The notes under the pieces were generated by a model, which saw nothing but the letters and a program-made list of their open reading frames with translations, ran no database searches and had not been told where the DNA came from. A DNA stretch of 56,966 nt, the filler included, from Fonticula-like sp. SCN 57-25 (taxonomy: Eukaryota): assembly GCA_001724245.1 (NCBI GenBank). It is 4 parts of 4 records of this genome, joined end to end, with 100 filler letters (N's around TTAATTAATTAA, not from the genome) between each part and the next. Parts side by side here need not be neighbours in the genome. Positions count along the whole stretch, not along the records: positions 13,442 to 29,775 come from MEDX01000177.1; 3 more parts are not named here. One strand, 5' to 3'. A program made the translations under genes and the position numbers. Positions 13,342-25,681 of this stretch are shown here, piece by piece; within the stretch, counting starts at the first letter, position 1, and every line of letters begins with the position of its first letter.

Positions 13342-13441
13342 NNNNNNNNNNNNNNNNNNNNNNNNNNNNNNNNNNNNNNNNNNNNTTAATTAATTAANNN
13401 NNNNNNNNNNNNNNNNNNNNNNNNNNNNNNNNNNNNNNNNN
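13342..13441. other. Artificial contig spacer (N44-TTAATTAATTAA-N44)
   Basis: Six-frame-stop linker flanked by Ns; identical at three places in the window. Confidence 0.98.
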
Positions 13442-13610
13442 CATTGGCAGCAACGTGACTGAGGGCCGCTTCCTCCCGGTGGAGGATTCGAAGGACAGCG
13501 TCCGCTTTGAGCTGGCTGCCATCATGCGCCAGGTGTTTGTCGTGGAGGCTTCTGCTCGCCCGATGATCTCTGAGATCAATGCTCGTATCAATGCTATTGT
13601 TAGCGAGTAG
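13442..13610 (+). CDS. C-terminal fragment of a probable protein kinase
   Basis: ELAAIMRQVFVVEASARPMISEINARI* resembles kinase subdomain XI (L..IM......RP...EI...L). Confidence 0.5.
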
Positions 13611-13947
13611 TGGCGTGCTTCGTGGATAGTGTCTTTACTTGTCCAACTATGTTTGCTCTCTTTCTCTCTTGTATTTCTTGCCGTTCGTTGCAAAGTTTAA
13701 GCGCCGCTTGCCTTTTCGCATCGTGCCCCTCGCCTCGGCTCCCTCGCCCAGTGCGTAGACCCATGCTTAGAGCATGGACGAGTTTGTAGTTTGGTTTCCA
13801 GTAGCAATGCAGTTTATATCAAATATATTCTCTTCAAATAAGGAAACAACATCAGAGCCCGGCTTCAGCCTGGCTCGGCCTATTACACATAGTACTTTCA
13901 CATGCTTAGAATACATCAGAAAATGTCACGGGTACGAAAGGTGGCAA

Positions 13948-14806
13948 CTATGGCAAAGTGACCGTTGAGATGACAAGCGCGTCTTCGTTCAGCCCTGTGC
14001 GCGCGTAGAGAGACGGTCTCCCAGGAGTGAACTTTGTGATACACGATGTCCCGCAAAACTGCGCTCCGCCCTCCTTGTCGGCCCCTGTTCTATTGCAGAT
14101 GGCGACGACGCAGCCCGAGTCGGCCAGCGGTGTCAAGCGAGTCAGCCAGTAGGAAATTATATCATTCGGTGTATAGGATGCGCTTTTGAGCCACGCCATG
14201 GAACACAGAATAAGCCTGCTTTTGTTCTATTCGCACGCGCACCGGTGAGTACGAGGGGGGACAAGCGCATCATCCTTGGCGTACCCGAGCATGAAAGTGT
14301 CCAAATTCGAACCGATTAAACGGCGCCGTGAACTGGTGCGGATTGAGGTCCATACAAATGCCAAACCCGACGCGGCCGTAGTCGGGGAGGTCTACGCTCA
14401 TGAAGGATGGCCCCGGGTCCGCCCACGTCTCGTCCGTCTCGTACAAGAAGTGCTTTCGGTAGTGATGCAGGATGGCGCCGTCGCGGCCGATGACGCACAT
14501 TGCGTTCGAAAAGCGGCCGCTCTCCTCCCTCATGGGAAAGCCCACCATGACATAGCAGTGGAGCCGCCGCGCGGCCGCCTGCGCCCACTCGACGGTCGTG
14601 CCGCTCACGGGATCCTCCACGTACGCGGCAATGTCGCTCCTGCTCTCGAATTCATACCCAGTGAACGCCATTTCGGGAAGTAATAAAAAGTCAAGCTCAC
14701 CGTGCTTAAGGCCGCCGACGAGTGCGTCCGCGCGCCGCTGGCTGGCTGCCACGTTCTTAAAGACCGGCTGGAACTGGCAGCAGGCGACCACTGCTTGGCG
14801 CATCAT
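13948..14806 (-). CDS. NTA1: Protein N-terminal amidase (nitrilase superfamily, fungal Nta1 type)
   Basis: ACCQFQP, LLLPEMAFTGY (Glu), YRKHFLYETDETWA (Lys), GICMDLNP..FTAPF..FEF (Cys), SMAW, YWLTRL.PL, CNRTG. One intron. Confidence 0.88.
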
Positions 14807-15151
14807 TTCGAGTCAGCACATGCGCAGTCAGCATTGACGAATTTGACCCAGAAGAAGGCCGAACGACCCTCTCGCCGTAAAACAGATTCCTGCACGAGTT
14901 CATAGCTGTAGGGCATGTGTACCTGCTCTCTGTATATAAGGGTCTGTATTATTCGTGTGTATATATCTCTCTCTACTAGTGTGTCTGCGAGCAAGGACAT
15001 CAGATTCTGCATGTACGTCAGATTCTGCAGTGTCACCCCGCACTTATGCTTTGGTATTGGCTACGTATATAGTCATGCAGAGTACCAGACGAATAAGCAA
15101 AAGTAAAGAGTTGAATAACTTTTTGTCATTATAAAATAACGCGGTAAAATA

Positions 15152-17243
15152 TCACAGAAGCGAGCTGTCTATCTCGGGGTCGTTCCCGGCCTCGGCAATG
15201 GTGTCGGCGTCGAGGGTCAACTGGGACATCCTGTCTGCCCCCTCGTCCGCCGTGGTCGATTCGCCGTTGGCGCCAAGGTCAGAGGTGCTGCCCTGCAGCG
15301 GGAGCCGCTCGGCGGTTTCTTCCCGCTCGTCCGCCGCCTCGGCGGCCGGCACGGGCAACGAGGGGATGGCAGGCAGAGTCACCGACGACGTTGTCTCGGC
15401 CGCCGAGCCCATTTGCGCCTCCTCCTCCTTGCGCTCCTCGTCGGGCAGCTCGAGCCGCTCGAGCGCTGCCGCGGCGCGCTTGGCAACGTCCGCGTTGACG
15501 GACGACGAGGCGGCGAGCTGCCTTAACAAATCGCCAACATTGTTGCTCCGGAGCGCACGCAGAATCTCGTCATTCGCTGTAAATAAAACCGAGGTTAATC
15601 ATCGGAAAAAACAAACCCGAGCTTCTTTCCGGTACGTACGGACAATGAGGAGGTTGTCGATGGCGCGGATTGCGTGGCGCTGGATATCCGACGACGCAAC
15701 GTGGCCGAGCCGTACGATCTCGGGGACCGCCGAGACGAGCGCCGCCTTGTTCGAGTCATAGAGCGCGAAATTGGCGAGGCCGCGAATAATGTGACGCTGA
15801 ATCTCCGAGTCGTCCGTCAGGGACGCCGACAGCTCGCAGAGCGCGCTCACGAGCCGGCCGTGGTTGAGCAGCGCCTCATTCGAGTCGCCGTTCGTCGCAA
15901 GATTCGCAATCGTGCAGCTCGCGTGAGAGAGCGTCTCGCGCAGGTTGCCCTTCTTCAACAGGCCGACGAGCGCCTCCACGCCGTCGCTCCGCAGCACGCG
16001 CGCCTTGAGCTTTTCTGCAGCGGCGCATTCAAGAGCGGTTAGCCAAACGCGAATCAGACCAGCGGCGCGGCGCACCGTTGCGCAGCGAAAGGTACGCAAA
16101 CGTCTTTGCAATGTACTTTCTGACGTTCGGGTTGCTGTGCGTCAAGAGGGCGAGCAGCTGCTCCAGCCCGTTGTTCTTGTCCTCAATGATCTTTCCCTGG
16201 TTTACAGCTTTGCGAGGCGTCAGCTAGGCCGCGGAAAAAACGGCAAAGGGGGCGCACATGTCATGGCGAGGTAGGAGATTGCGCGTGCAGCCTGTGCCTG
16301 CACCTCTGCGAGCGCGGTCTCGTCGCTCGGGGAAGACTGGCCCGACGGCAGCGTGCGCGAGCACAGCGACATGAGCGCGTGAAGGCCGTTGTCGGCCACC
16401 ATCGCGCGGCACACTTCGCTGTTTCGCGACAGCGTAAAGAGGGTATTGCTCGCGTAAAAGAGCGTGTTGAGGTTCTGCACCTGCTTGGAGGTGCACACGC
16501 GGAACAGCGCAACAAGCGCGCCCTTGACAACGAGCGTGTGCTGAACCTCCTCGTTCTGCGCAATAAGATTAAGCGCCTGCATCGCCGCAGACAATACTTC
16601 CTCATTTGAGGAATGGCATGAGAATATAATGCCGTCAATGCCTCCCAGGCTAACTAGCTTGTGCATGCCAGTGTCTGCAGCCGGCATCCCGCGTCAGTAT
16701 GGGCAGTGACGCCTTGACAAAGGAAAGAAGGAAAAAACGCACCGTTGCGCTTGGCAACGTCGGCAAGGCGACGCACGCCGGCGACTTGCGTGGCGGGACT
16801 CTCTGCCAAAACGTACGACACATAAAAAGCCACTTCCATGCAGCGCTCGCACACGCGCTCGGGGCGATCATAGCCAAACTGCGGCAGCGGCATCTTGCGG
16901 CCGCAGCAAACTTTGCAGAATACATTGCCGCTGAAACACGGAAAAGAGTGAGAAATTATACGTCAAGCATTGAAAAATTAGGCGTTGATAATAGAAAGAA
17001 GAAAAAGATAGGGGGGTAGGAGAGGGAAGGCGAGCGCGCAAAGAAAAACATGTCGTGATTGTGTGTTTCACCCGATGGTTCGTACCATTGCCTGCAGTGG
17101 TGTCGACGGTTGAGAGAGGAAAAAGTAGAGTTGCAATAATTGCATTGCGGTGCCTCCGCGTCCGGGACCCAGTTCGGCCTCGGCAGAGGGAACGGCGAGT
17201 ACGGCTGCACCTTGCTGGAGCCTGGCGTGGCACCCTTGGACAT
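15152..17243 (-). CDS. FYVE zinc finger + armadillo-repeat protein (multi-exon)
   Basis: WVPDAEAPQCNYCNSTFSSLNRRHHCRQC..VFC..C...PERVCERC, followed by ARM-like helices (GALVALFRVC, ARAISYLA, CTIANLATN, IRGLANFA, IRAIDNL). Confidence 0.85.
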
Positions 17244-17400
17244 GATTGTTGACCACGGCAGTGTAGCTCTGGCAAAATTTGTGATTTGCTATGACACGTA
17301 ATGATTGGCGGATTGATGCGATAAGACGCTCTCATTGGCTAATGGTTTATTACTGATTTTCGAACGAGACTGACAACAGACACGGAGAAACAAAAGCGAC

Positions 17401-19283
17401 TTAGACGAGGTTGTCGGCCCACGCGACGTTTGCCGGGCACTTTGGGCGGCGGTGGTAGATAGTATTGTGCTGGCTGGCCACCTCTGGCGAAAAGTCTGAA
17501 AAGTAGTCGTACATATCGAGCTCTGCGCCCGCGCGGAGGTTTCCTCCCGGCCATCTATGCGCGCGCTGTGTGAGTGCCATATCGGCCGCGCGCCAAAGGG
17601 GACTGCGTACACCATGCCCGGCTCGTGGTCCAAGTGGTAGATAAAGTGGTCCCTGAGCACCTTGAAGCGGTAGCCCATCGCGTTGAGCCAGAGCGCGTGC
17701 GACTGCTTGTCTCCTCCCTGGTTCCTGAACCGCTCGTCGTAGCGCGGCGTGTCGCGCGGCAGGACATAGTACGGCTCCCACTGCGACTGGAAGCAGACCT
17801 CGTACGACGTGCGCGGCGCGCTCCCGATGGGGTGGTCGAGGAAGATGTCGTAGCGCGTGGGCCCGTGGCCGACGCTCGCCGTGACGTACGCGGTGTCCTC
17901 CTTGAACAGCTGGCGCAGCTCGTCGATAGTGGACGGGCGCGCGATGGACGCTGTGCGGCGCACCGCCGGCGACGCAATGACAAAGGCGAGCTTCTCGCTG
18001 GGGTTCGCCTGCATCTCTGGGACGGCCACCGTCTGGATCGCCTGAAGGAGCCCCGCGCTCGGGACAAAGTCCGCGTCGATCACAAAGACATAGTCAGACT
18101 TTGCGGCGCTCAGCGCGTCGTTGCGCAGCTGGTTGATCGGGTAGAGGCGGTAGTCGAGGCGGTAGTCGGGCTGCACAAACGTCACCGTGACGTGCGAGAG
18201 CGAATCGGGGCGGCCCTCAGAGAGCAGGTAGCGCGTTGCGGTGATAATGTCCCACGGGTTCAGCAGGTAAATCGCCACCGAAATGGGGCCGTCCCACGAG
18301 GCGGCGATGCGCTCGAGGCGGTCAAGGCGGCCGACCGTGATCTGCGTGACGAGCGTCGTTACGGAAGAGTGGAAGGGCTGGCGCGCGGGGATCACCATCT
18401 TGTACGGCCGGGCGAGCGCGCGCTCGGGCCAGTCCATAATGTCCGCCAAAGCGGTGTGGTGCGCAATGCTGTTGAGCACGTTGTCCATGTACGTCACGCG
18501 AACAAGATCCACGCCGTAGCAGGGGGAAGTGGCGTCGTCCGTGCGGCAAATATGATCGCCGTTGGACAAAAAGTGCACGAGCGTCGTCCCGCGAAGCAAC
18601 ATCGCCGACATGCCGAGCGGCACATTCAGGCTCCACTGGCTCTTGGGGCGGGGCTTGATCAGATTGCAGCTGGGGAGCACAACGCAGCTGCCATCATCGA
18701 GGTAGCACAGATCAACAACCTCCTCGGCATCAACCAAGTTCATCTCGGAAAGAACAGCAACCTGCATCCAGACGACGGACGAGCATCCGCCGTTAGTGCA
18801 CTCGTGAGATCCCTCCGTAAACGTCATCGAAGCAGCGGGGTCATTCTGCACGGTCCCGAGCCGCACAACAACGTCCGGGCGAACCGTTAGCTGCTTGACG
18901 ACGCCCTCGATTCCCTGATTGCGAAGCTGATTCCTATCAAACTGGCCGACTCCAAAAGTAACGCACTGCCCGTTCGCCTTGCACAGACTCACGGCGGGCG
19001 CCGCCGAGTTATCCGCCGGCACGTTGGCATCAAACAGGCCGATGGGGATGCCGGCCTTTTTGGACGGCCCCGATCCGGCTACAAAGTAGTACGCGACGCC
19101 GCCAGCAACAAGGAGGAAGAAGAGGAAGTAGACCGCGCGGCGAGGCGTCATGCGCGCGCCCGCCGCCACGGGCCGGGTAAAAGTGCGGCGCTGATGCGAC
19201 TCGCCCCCCTCATCATCCCCAAAGGTCACGCCAGTCGAGGGACCGCTTCTTCGGACGAGACCTTCATTTCTATCTTTGTACAT
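17401..19283 (-). CDS. GT49 family glycosyltransferase (B4GAT1/LARGE glucuronyltransferase-like), type II membrane protein
   Basis: TM AVYFLFFLLVAGGVAYYF; TLVTQ...RL..L...A.SWDGPISVAIY, YPINQLRN.A, VFVIDADFVPS (DxD), QWEPYYV, PRYDERF...GGDKQS, GYRFKVL..HFIYHLDH. Confidence 0.88.
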
Positions 19284-19550
19284 CGTGGGCCCCAGCGAGT
19301 CTGAGCAAGATAGAGGTAGAGAGAAACGGAATGGAGGAGCAGAAAAAAGAGGGGCAGAGAAGCCGGCCTCCTAGCTCGCGCCTTTCGACGGCAAATGCAA
19401 TGGAGGGCGGCAACAACACAAAAGCGGTAAATCAGATGAAATCAGAAGAAATCAGTGGGAAAATAAGCATTGAACAAGCGACAAAAAATATAAAGAGTAA
19501 TGAAAAGACGCTGATTCTTGCCATGGGAGACATGCAGCATGCTCTATCTA

Positions 19551-21188
19551 TCAGACGCTCTCGTCCGCTCTAGATGTGCCGGAGAAGGGGTCGGCAGCGC
19601 GGTCCCCCTGTCCCGCCTCTCCCTCGCTGATATTCCTGCTGCTGCCATAGTTGCGATACGACGGCGAGTCCATCGACGCCGACACTGCGATCGACCCGCT
19701 GGCGTCGTCGGCGATTTGGGGCGACGGCATCTCGCTATTCAGCTGGTACTCGTCGTCGCCGCCGACGTGCTCGTAGTTGCGGTTCACCTGGTTGAAGACG
19801 ACCTTGTTGGTGAGCACGCGGGCACGGGCGCCAACCAGCACGAGCTGCATGATGTTGCGCGCAACACTAGACAAAGAAAATGGCGGTTAGGCTAAGCGAA
19901 AAGAGGAGCTAAAGCAGCGCGAGGGGCGCACTCTTGCGCCTTGTGCATGGGCGTCTCGGGCTGCTCGCCGACAAAGTCCTCGTCGGTCGCGAGGATGGGC
20001 TCGGACTCCACGCGCTCGGGCTCCTGTGCAACACCGCATGTGTTAGCACAAACAAGGCGCATATGTACATGCGTACGGCGAGCGACTGGATGGTGTCGTG
20101 GCCGGTGGGCTTGCGCGCGCGGCCCTGCGTGATGCAGTAGACGCCGAGGAAGGTGAGGCCGCAGCCGACGCAGAAGAGGAACACGTCGACGCTCGGCATG
20201 CCGGCAAAGTCATTGTAGAGAACGCCGCTGCAGATGATGGCACCGAGGGTGAACATGAAGAACTGGAACGGGATCACCTCCTGCGGGCGGGAAACAGCGC
20301 GTTAATAATGGGCGAGCGGGGCGCAGAGGCGTACGGTCGAGTCGTAGTACTGCAGGCCGTTCTGGAGGTAGCGGATCTGCAGGACGCCCGTGACGATCAT
20401 GACGGCGAGCATGACGTAAAAGATCCACAGGGTGAACATGCCGAGCGGGTCGTGCTGAAGGAGCGTCGACACAGCCGAGGTCGCCACAACAGTGTAACCA
20501 CCAAAGATACCAACGAGCGACATGTCGATGAAGAGAGTCTTCTTGCCGTAGCGAGGAGAAAGGTACGCCATCACGCACGCGATGACAAAAGTGACGCACA
20601 TGTAGATGATGAAGCGCGTCTCCTTGAAGAGAGCAGCGAGCTGCTCAGGCGAGATATCGCTAGCAGACTCGGGGGCAAACCAAACCTATCGCAAAACAAC
20701 CATAAGCAAGAGCAGAGCGGGCACAATAGAAACATATATGCACAGGAAAACCAACACGAAATAGGACAATGAGATGAACAACGAAGGCGTACCACGACGA
20801 CGGCACCTCCAATCGCGAGCGCGATACCGATCAGATCCTGCGTGCGGAACTTTTCCTTGAGCACAAACGGCGCAATAAGGGCGTTGGTGACGAGCGCGAC
20901 CGTTCCGAGCGGGGCCACGACGGCAGCAGACGCCATACCGTACGCCAAAAAATTACCGAGCTCACCAAAGAGCAGCATGAGCATACCGGCCCACCACATT
21001 GGCCGCTTCAAGTACGACTTTTTGTCAGCCGAATCAGCGTTCTTGTTGTGCGAATGCTTCTGGATATTGAGCGCCACGCTGATAAACATGTTGCCGAGGA
21101 CCGCCAGGATGATACCGAGGTACATGAGCGAATCAGACTCGGGCGCCTCCGTTGGGGCCTCCGTCGGCATCGTTGTGGGGTCAGACAT
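19551..21188 (-). CDS. NIPA-like (NIPAL2/3) magnesium transporter, multi-exon
   Basis: GIILAVLGNMFISVALNIQK, YLKRPMWWAGMLMLLFGELGNFLAYGMASAAVVAPLG, LKEKF, QIRYLQNGLQYYDST, VIPFQF..FT, G.LYNDF. Confidence 0.92.
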
Positions 21189-21616
21189 CTTCAGTTCGAC
21201 GCCCCGTTAGAGATCCAAGCTTGGATCAAGCCAAAAAGAGATAGTCTCGACAAATTAATACCAAGAACGCTCTCGATCCGACGCGCCCGCAGCAAGACTC
21301 TGATGGGTCAAGTCAACCACCACCTGGTCCGTGTCACCTGCTCCGGGGCAAAAACCAATCGATAACAAGATTCGAGGGCGGAATTCAAACGACTTGATCA
21401 CGTGATTTGATCATTACTCTTGATCTTTCCCGGTTATTTCTCTTGGAATGGCCTGTAAATCATTCAAGAGAGGAGATTGCATCGTTCTTGTTTGCATCCG
21501 CGCGCGAAGGGGGAGTTGGTTGACACAGCCAGCATCCAACCAAACACCCGGCTCCTGCACCCCCGCCTCTACATCTGCTTGGAAGGCGCGGAAGCATCCG
21601 CCACTAGACCGAAAGG

Positions 21617-22212
21617 ATGAAGCTCGTTCGGTGCGCTGCGGATGGCGCGCGCCCCTGTTTGCTAACGGATGGTGGATGTGCAGCTTCCTGATGAAGCTCA
21701 ACACCGAAACGGTGACAGTTGAGCTCAAGAATGGCACTGTGGTGCAGGGCACCATTACAGGTGCGTTGTGGTGGGGAGCGCTTCAATGCTCAGCGGAACC
21801 TGTCGGCCTCTTGCTAACTCGTTTGCTTTCTTTCTTGCTGTACAGGTGTCGACGTTTTTATGAACACGCATCTTAAGGCGGTCAAGATGACGGCCAAGAA
21901 CAAGGACCCCGTATCATTGGACACCCTGTCGCTTCGTGGTAGCAACATTCGTTATTATATTCTGCCCGACTCGCTACCGCTCGACACGCTGCTCGTGGAC
22001 GACACGCCTCGCAACAAATCGCACAAGAAGCGTGAGAGTACGCACATTACATTTCGCGCTCGCATCTGTTCTCACACTGATAATTAGCTGCCACGCGCGG
22101 GGGACGCGGCGGAGTCCGTGGAGGGCGAGGCGCTCGCGGAGGGTTTTCGCGCGGCGGCGGTGGACGCGGCGGTCGTGGCGGCAGCGGAGGTTTCCGCGGC
22201 CGCGGTTTGTAA
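21617..22212 (+). CDS. SMD1: Small nuclear ribonucleoprotein Sm D1
   Basis: [72 protein letters not shown], with an RG-rich tail. The exact last exon is uncertain. Confidence 0.96.
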
Positions 22213-22530
22213 TACTACGTGTCTCTTTTGCTTCATTCATTTGTGCAGGACCGCGGTCGCCGGGGCCATTAAACGCATTCTCGCTTTTCGTGTGCTATTT
22301 AATTCAAAATTAATATATTGTGCTTTTTGTTCTTTTGCGTTTAATTTCGATATTGGGGGACGATGATGTAGCCACAACATGTGCGTCGCCACCATCAACG
22401 TCGCGGTGGCGCTACTCGTAAGATCATAAAGAAAAGAAAAAATAGTACATTTACAATGTATCCATAACTAAAATTGGAAGAGGAAGACTCCTTTTCCGCC
22501 GCTGTATGCATCGCTTGGTCGCTGGCCGCA

Positions 22531-23036
22531 TCATGCTCGTTCATACTTGATGCGATCAAAGGCCGAACGCAGGAACGACATCTGAGTGTTGGCGCACTTT
22601 TTCGCGCACGCGCTCATCTTGTTCGTGTCCATTGAGTTGCTGTCTGCGCCGTAGCACCCGCTGAAGCAGCGGTCAAAGCTCGCCTGTCACACGCGCGTTA
22701 AGTGGGAAAATCCTCATTGCTGCGTTAAGCCAGGTTTGCACGAACCTGCAGCTGGCGGAGCTCGTGATCAACGCGCTCCTGCCACTCGTCGAGCTTCACC
22801 GAGCACTCTTGCGAGCACGAAAAGACGTCGGCGTGCGTCGGGTACGACCGCGTGTCCTCCACGCAGGCGAGCACGCACTTTGTGCTCTCGCGCTACCTCT
22901 GGCATCAGCATCAAGCTACCAAGGCGGATCAACCAGCGCGCACCTGGAGCTTGCGTCCGCGCGCGGCATACGCCGCCTGCACCTCCTCCTGGACGGCGTC
23001 CTCGAGCGCCTGCACTTCCTTTTCCACCACGTCCAT
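22531..23036 (-). CDS. FAM136A/DUF842-like small protein (3 exons)
   Basis: Helical protein with paired Cx3C motifs (KCVLAC, SCSQEC, RCFSGC, ACAKKC) and ELRQLQASFDRC; clean introns. Confidence 0.75.
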
Positions 23037-23425
23037 TTTGAAGAGCGGCGGGTCGGCACAGCAGTCTCGCACGTGACACAATGCTGACTCGGATTTACGG
23101 AAGTGGACAGAAACGGAACCAAAGGCCATAGTAAAGATCTTAAGCGAAGGACAAGTCCTTTTTATGCGTCCATGGGCGGCCTTCTAACCGTCACAGTGCA
23201 CGCGCCTTTTTCTTCTTGTAGTAGACCTTCTCTTCTTTCTCTCTTTCGCATGACCAATTCAAGGCCATATATCAATTGAAAATGAAACGACGCCCGCCAT
23301 GACACGAACTGGCGTGGGAGCACGCGTGCGCATATTTAAAGTGGACAGTGAGGCAAATGACACGCAAAAGAAGAAGCAAACGAAATAAAGCATTGAAAGT
23401 ACTGTACAATTATTTACCTCAATCA

Positions 23426-24567
23426 TCACGCTGTTGTCGGCATGTTGTCCTGCGGCGCATACCTCTCGAGCAGTTCCTATTAAAACACGCGCAGTGTAAG
23501 TAAAAATTCAAAAACGGTGACGGAAAATCGTGTACGTACGCGCTTCTTCCGCTCAACGAGGTACTCTTCGATGTCGGACGCCGACGGCACCTGCACGTGG
23601 ACGTACGCGCGCTTCTTTGGCGCGGCCCCCGTGGCCTCTTCGTCCCGCGAGGCCTTCTCCTCGTCGGCCTCGTCGGCCTCCCTGAGCAGCCGCGCGACAA
23701 ACTCCGTCTGGTCGTCCTGCGGGTGCCTCTGCCGCCGCCTGGCCGCGTGCTCGCTCAGCGCCTTGGCCGTCGCCGCCGGCTGCATCTCTGCCTCCAGCCG
23801 CGCCAGCTCGCCGTCGTCGTCGTCGCGGTAGCCGTAATAGTCCGCGTCCACGTTCGCCTGCAGCTCCTTTCGCGACGGCTTGGACGACTCGACAACAACT
23901 GCGGGATCGGTCAGCATGAAATGGCGGCGGGGATGGGATGCGCACTTTCGGTCTGCTCGAGAAGCTCGCGCACGCCGGGCAGGTTCTTTGCAGCGCCAAA
24001 GTACTTGTAGCCGCGCATGCCGGGCGCTTCGGCGCCGTCGGCCTCGAGAGCAGCGCTCTTGGCGCGCTAGATCGTCAAGTGAGAAGGATGGGAAAGAAGA
24101 CGCAAGGGATCTCGGCGTACGTGATCAGGCCCGCCCATTTCCTTAATGTGGCGCTCCCAGTTGGCCTTTTCTTTCAATAGCCGGTTGATCATTTCGTTGA
24201 GCTCGCGGATTCTGTGCTCGCCAATGGTGGCTGCGTCGCGAGCGTGAGCCGGTCGAACGCCCAACAAGGATCAGCGTACCGTTCTGAATCTGGGACACCT
24301 TGCGGGAGATCTCGCGGACGCAGTCCAGGCGGTACTGCTCGCAGTCGTAGAGAGACATGTCTTCGCGGGGAAAGTGCGGACGACGCTTCTGCTGAGGAAC
24401 GAGAGGATGGCCAGCCTCCGCAGCCTGCACCGCGCGGAAGCGCGACAGCATCGACCTTTCAAGATACGTAAGAACCGGAATATAATGGAGGAAGAGAGGA
24501 AAGCAAGGGAGAGACGAGCGATAGTAGGAGGGAGGACGCACTGTGCCTTTTCCTGATTGCGTGCCAT
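23426..24567 (-). CDS. ISY1: Pre-mRNA splicing factor ISY1 (multi-exon)
   Basis: MARNQEKAQ|SMLSRF, REISRKVSQIQN, RIRELNEMINRLLKEKANWE..I.EMGGPD, GYKYFGAAKNLPGVREL, DADYYGYRDDDDG, VPSASDIEEYLVERKK. Confidence 0.95.
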
Positions 24568-24697
24568 GGCTAACGATGCTCCAACGACCGCACGCAGGCA
24601 AAGATGATTGCCTCTGATTGGGAGTTTTGGGCTAGTCAAATAGGAATCCTCGATTGACAAACCCAAAATTTATCGCGGATAGCGTAGGTAGCCAGCC

Positions 24698-25470
24698 ATG
24701 GTGCAGTTTGCGGTGATTTGCGCGAGTAATATGAACCGGAGTATGGAGGCGCACGAGGTGCTGCGGTATGCTTATACGCCGCGCACGCTGGGCGACAGGC
24801 TCTAACCATTTGATAAGGAAAAAGGGGTTTGACGTCCGCTCCTACGGCACAGGGTCCCATGTGAAGCTTCCGGGCACCGCCATTGACAAGCCCAACGTGT
24901 ACCCGTTCGGCAAGCCCTACCGCCAAATATACGAGGACTTGGTAAAGAAAGACGAGAACTTGTGCGTCGCGCGCGTTTACTCTTGCTTCTTGCTCACGGT
25001 AGAATGAAGCTATCGGCAGAACGGCCTGCTGGGCATGCTCGAGCGGAATTGGAAGATCAAGGACGCGCCCGAGAGGTTCCGCGACGCTCGAGGCCCGTTC
25101 GACGTAGTCATTACCTTTGAAGATCGTGTATACGAAGCCGTCTGTGAAGGTACTGGCCATTATTGCCCGCTTTCTGCGATACCAACTCGTGATCTTAGAT
25201 CTTCCGAACCGGACAGACACGATCGGGCAGCCTGCACATATCCTTAACGTGGACGTCATTGATAACCCGGACGAAGCGGCCATCGCTGCGCGGCAAGTGG
25301 CCCAGCTCGCTGCAATGGTACGCTCAGCGACAGCACCTGCAAACTGCGCGGCTAAATTATTGATATAGATCAGGGACAGCAGCGATCTCGACAGCGAAAT
25401 CGACACAATTGTCGAGACATTCGAAAGCAAGTTTGGGCGGCAGGTGCTTCATAGCGTCTTGTACTTTTAA
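24698..25470 (+). CDS. SSU72: RNA polymerase II CTD phosphatase Ssu72 (multi-exon)
   Basis: AVICASNMNRSMEAH (CX5R), SYGTGSHVKLPG..IDKPNVYPFG, NGLLGMLERN..IK.APERF, FDVVITFEDRVY, NVDVIDNPDEA. Confidence 0.96.
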
Positions 25471-25681
25471 GCAATAGAGGCCATAGTTTAATTAACCGCC
25501 TTGAAACATATTTTATGGCTGTGGTGGCCCGGCCTATGCCACCAGCGCAAATCACGGGTGTTGCCTACTGTGAAAGAGTACTGTATTTGCAAGCGCCAAA
25601 ATAAGACAAACGAATAATAATCTCAATAGAAAAAATGCACCACAGAATAAATGTACACTGAATTGTTAAAGAGAAACGCTT

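Noticed and set aside
17574-18890. Long antisense ORFs (438 aa here; also 5284-6012, 8522-9289, 49870-50568, 53351-54286 and others)
   Set aside because: Shadow or alternative frames of well-supported genes, caused by codon bias; no motifs of their own.
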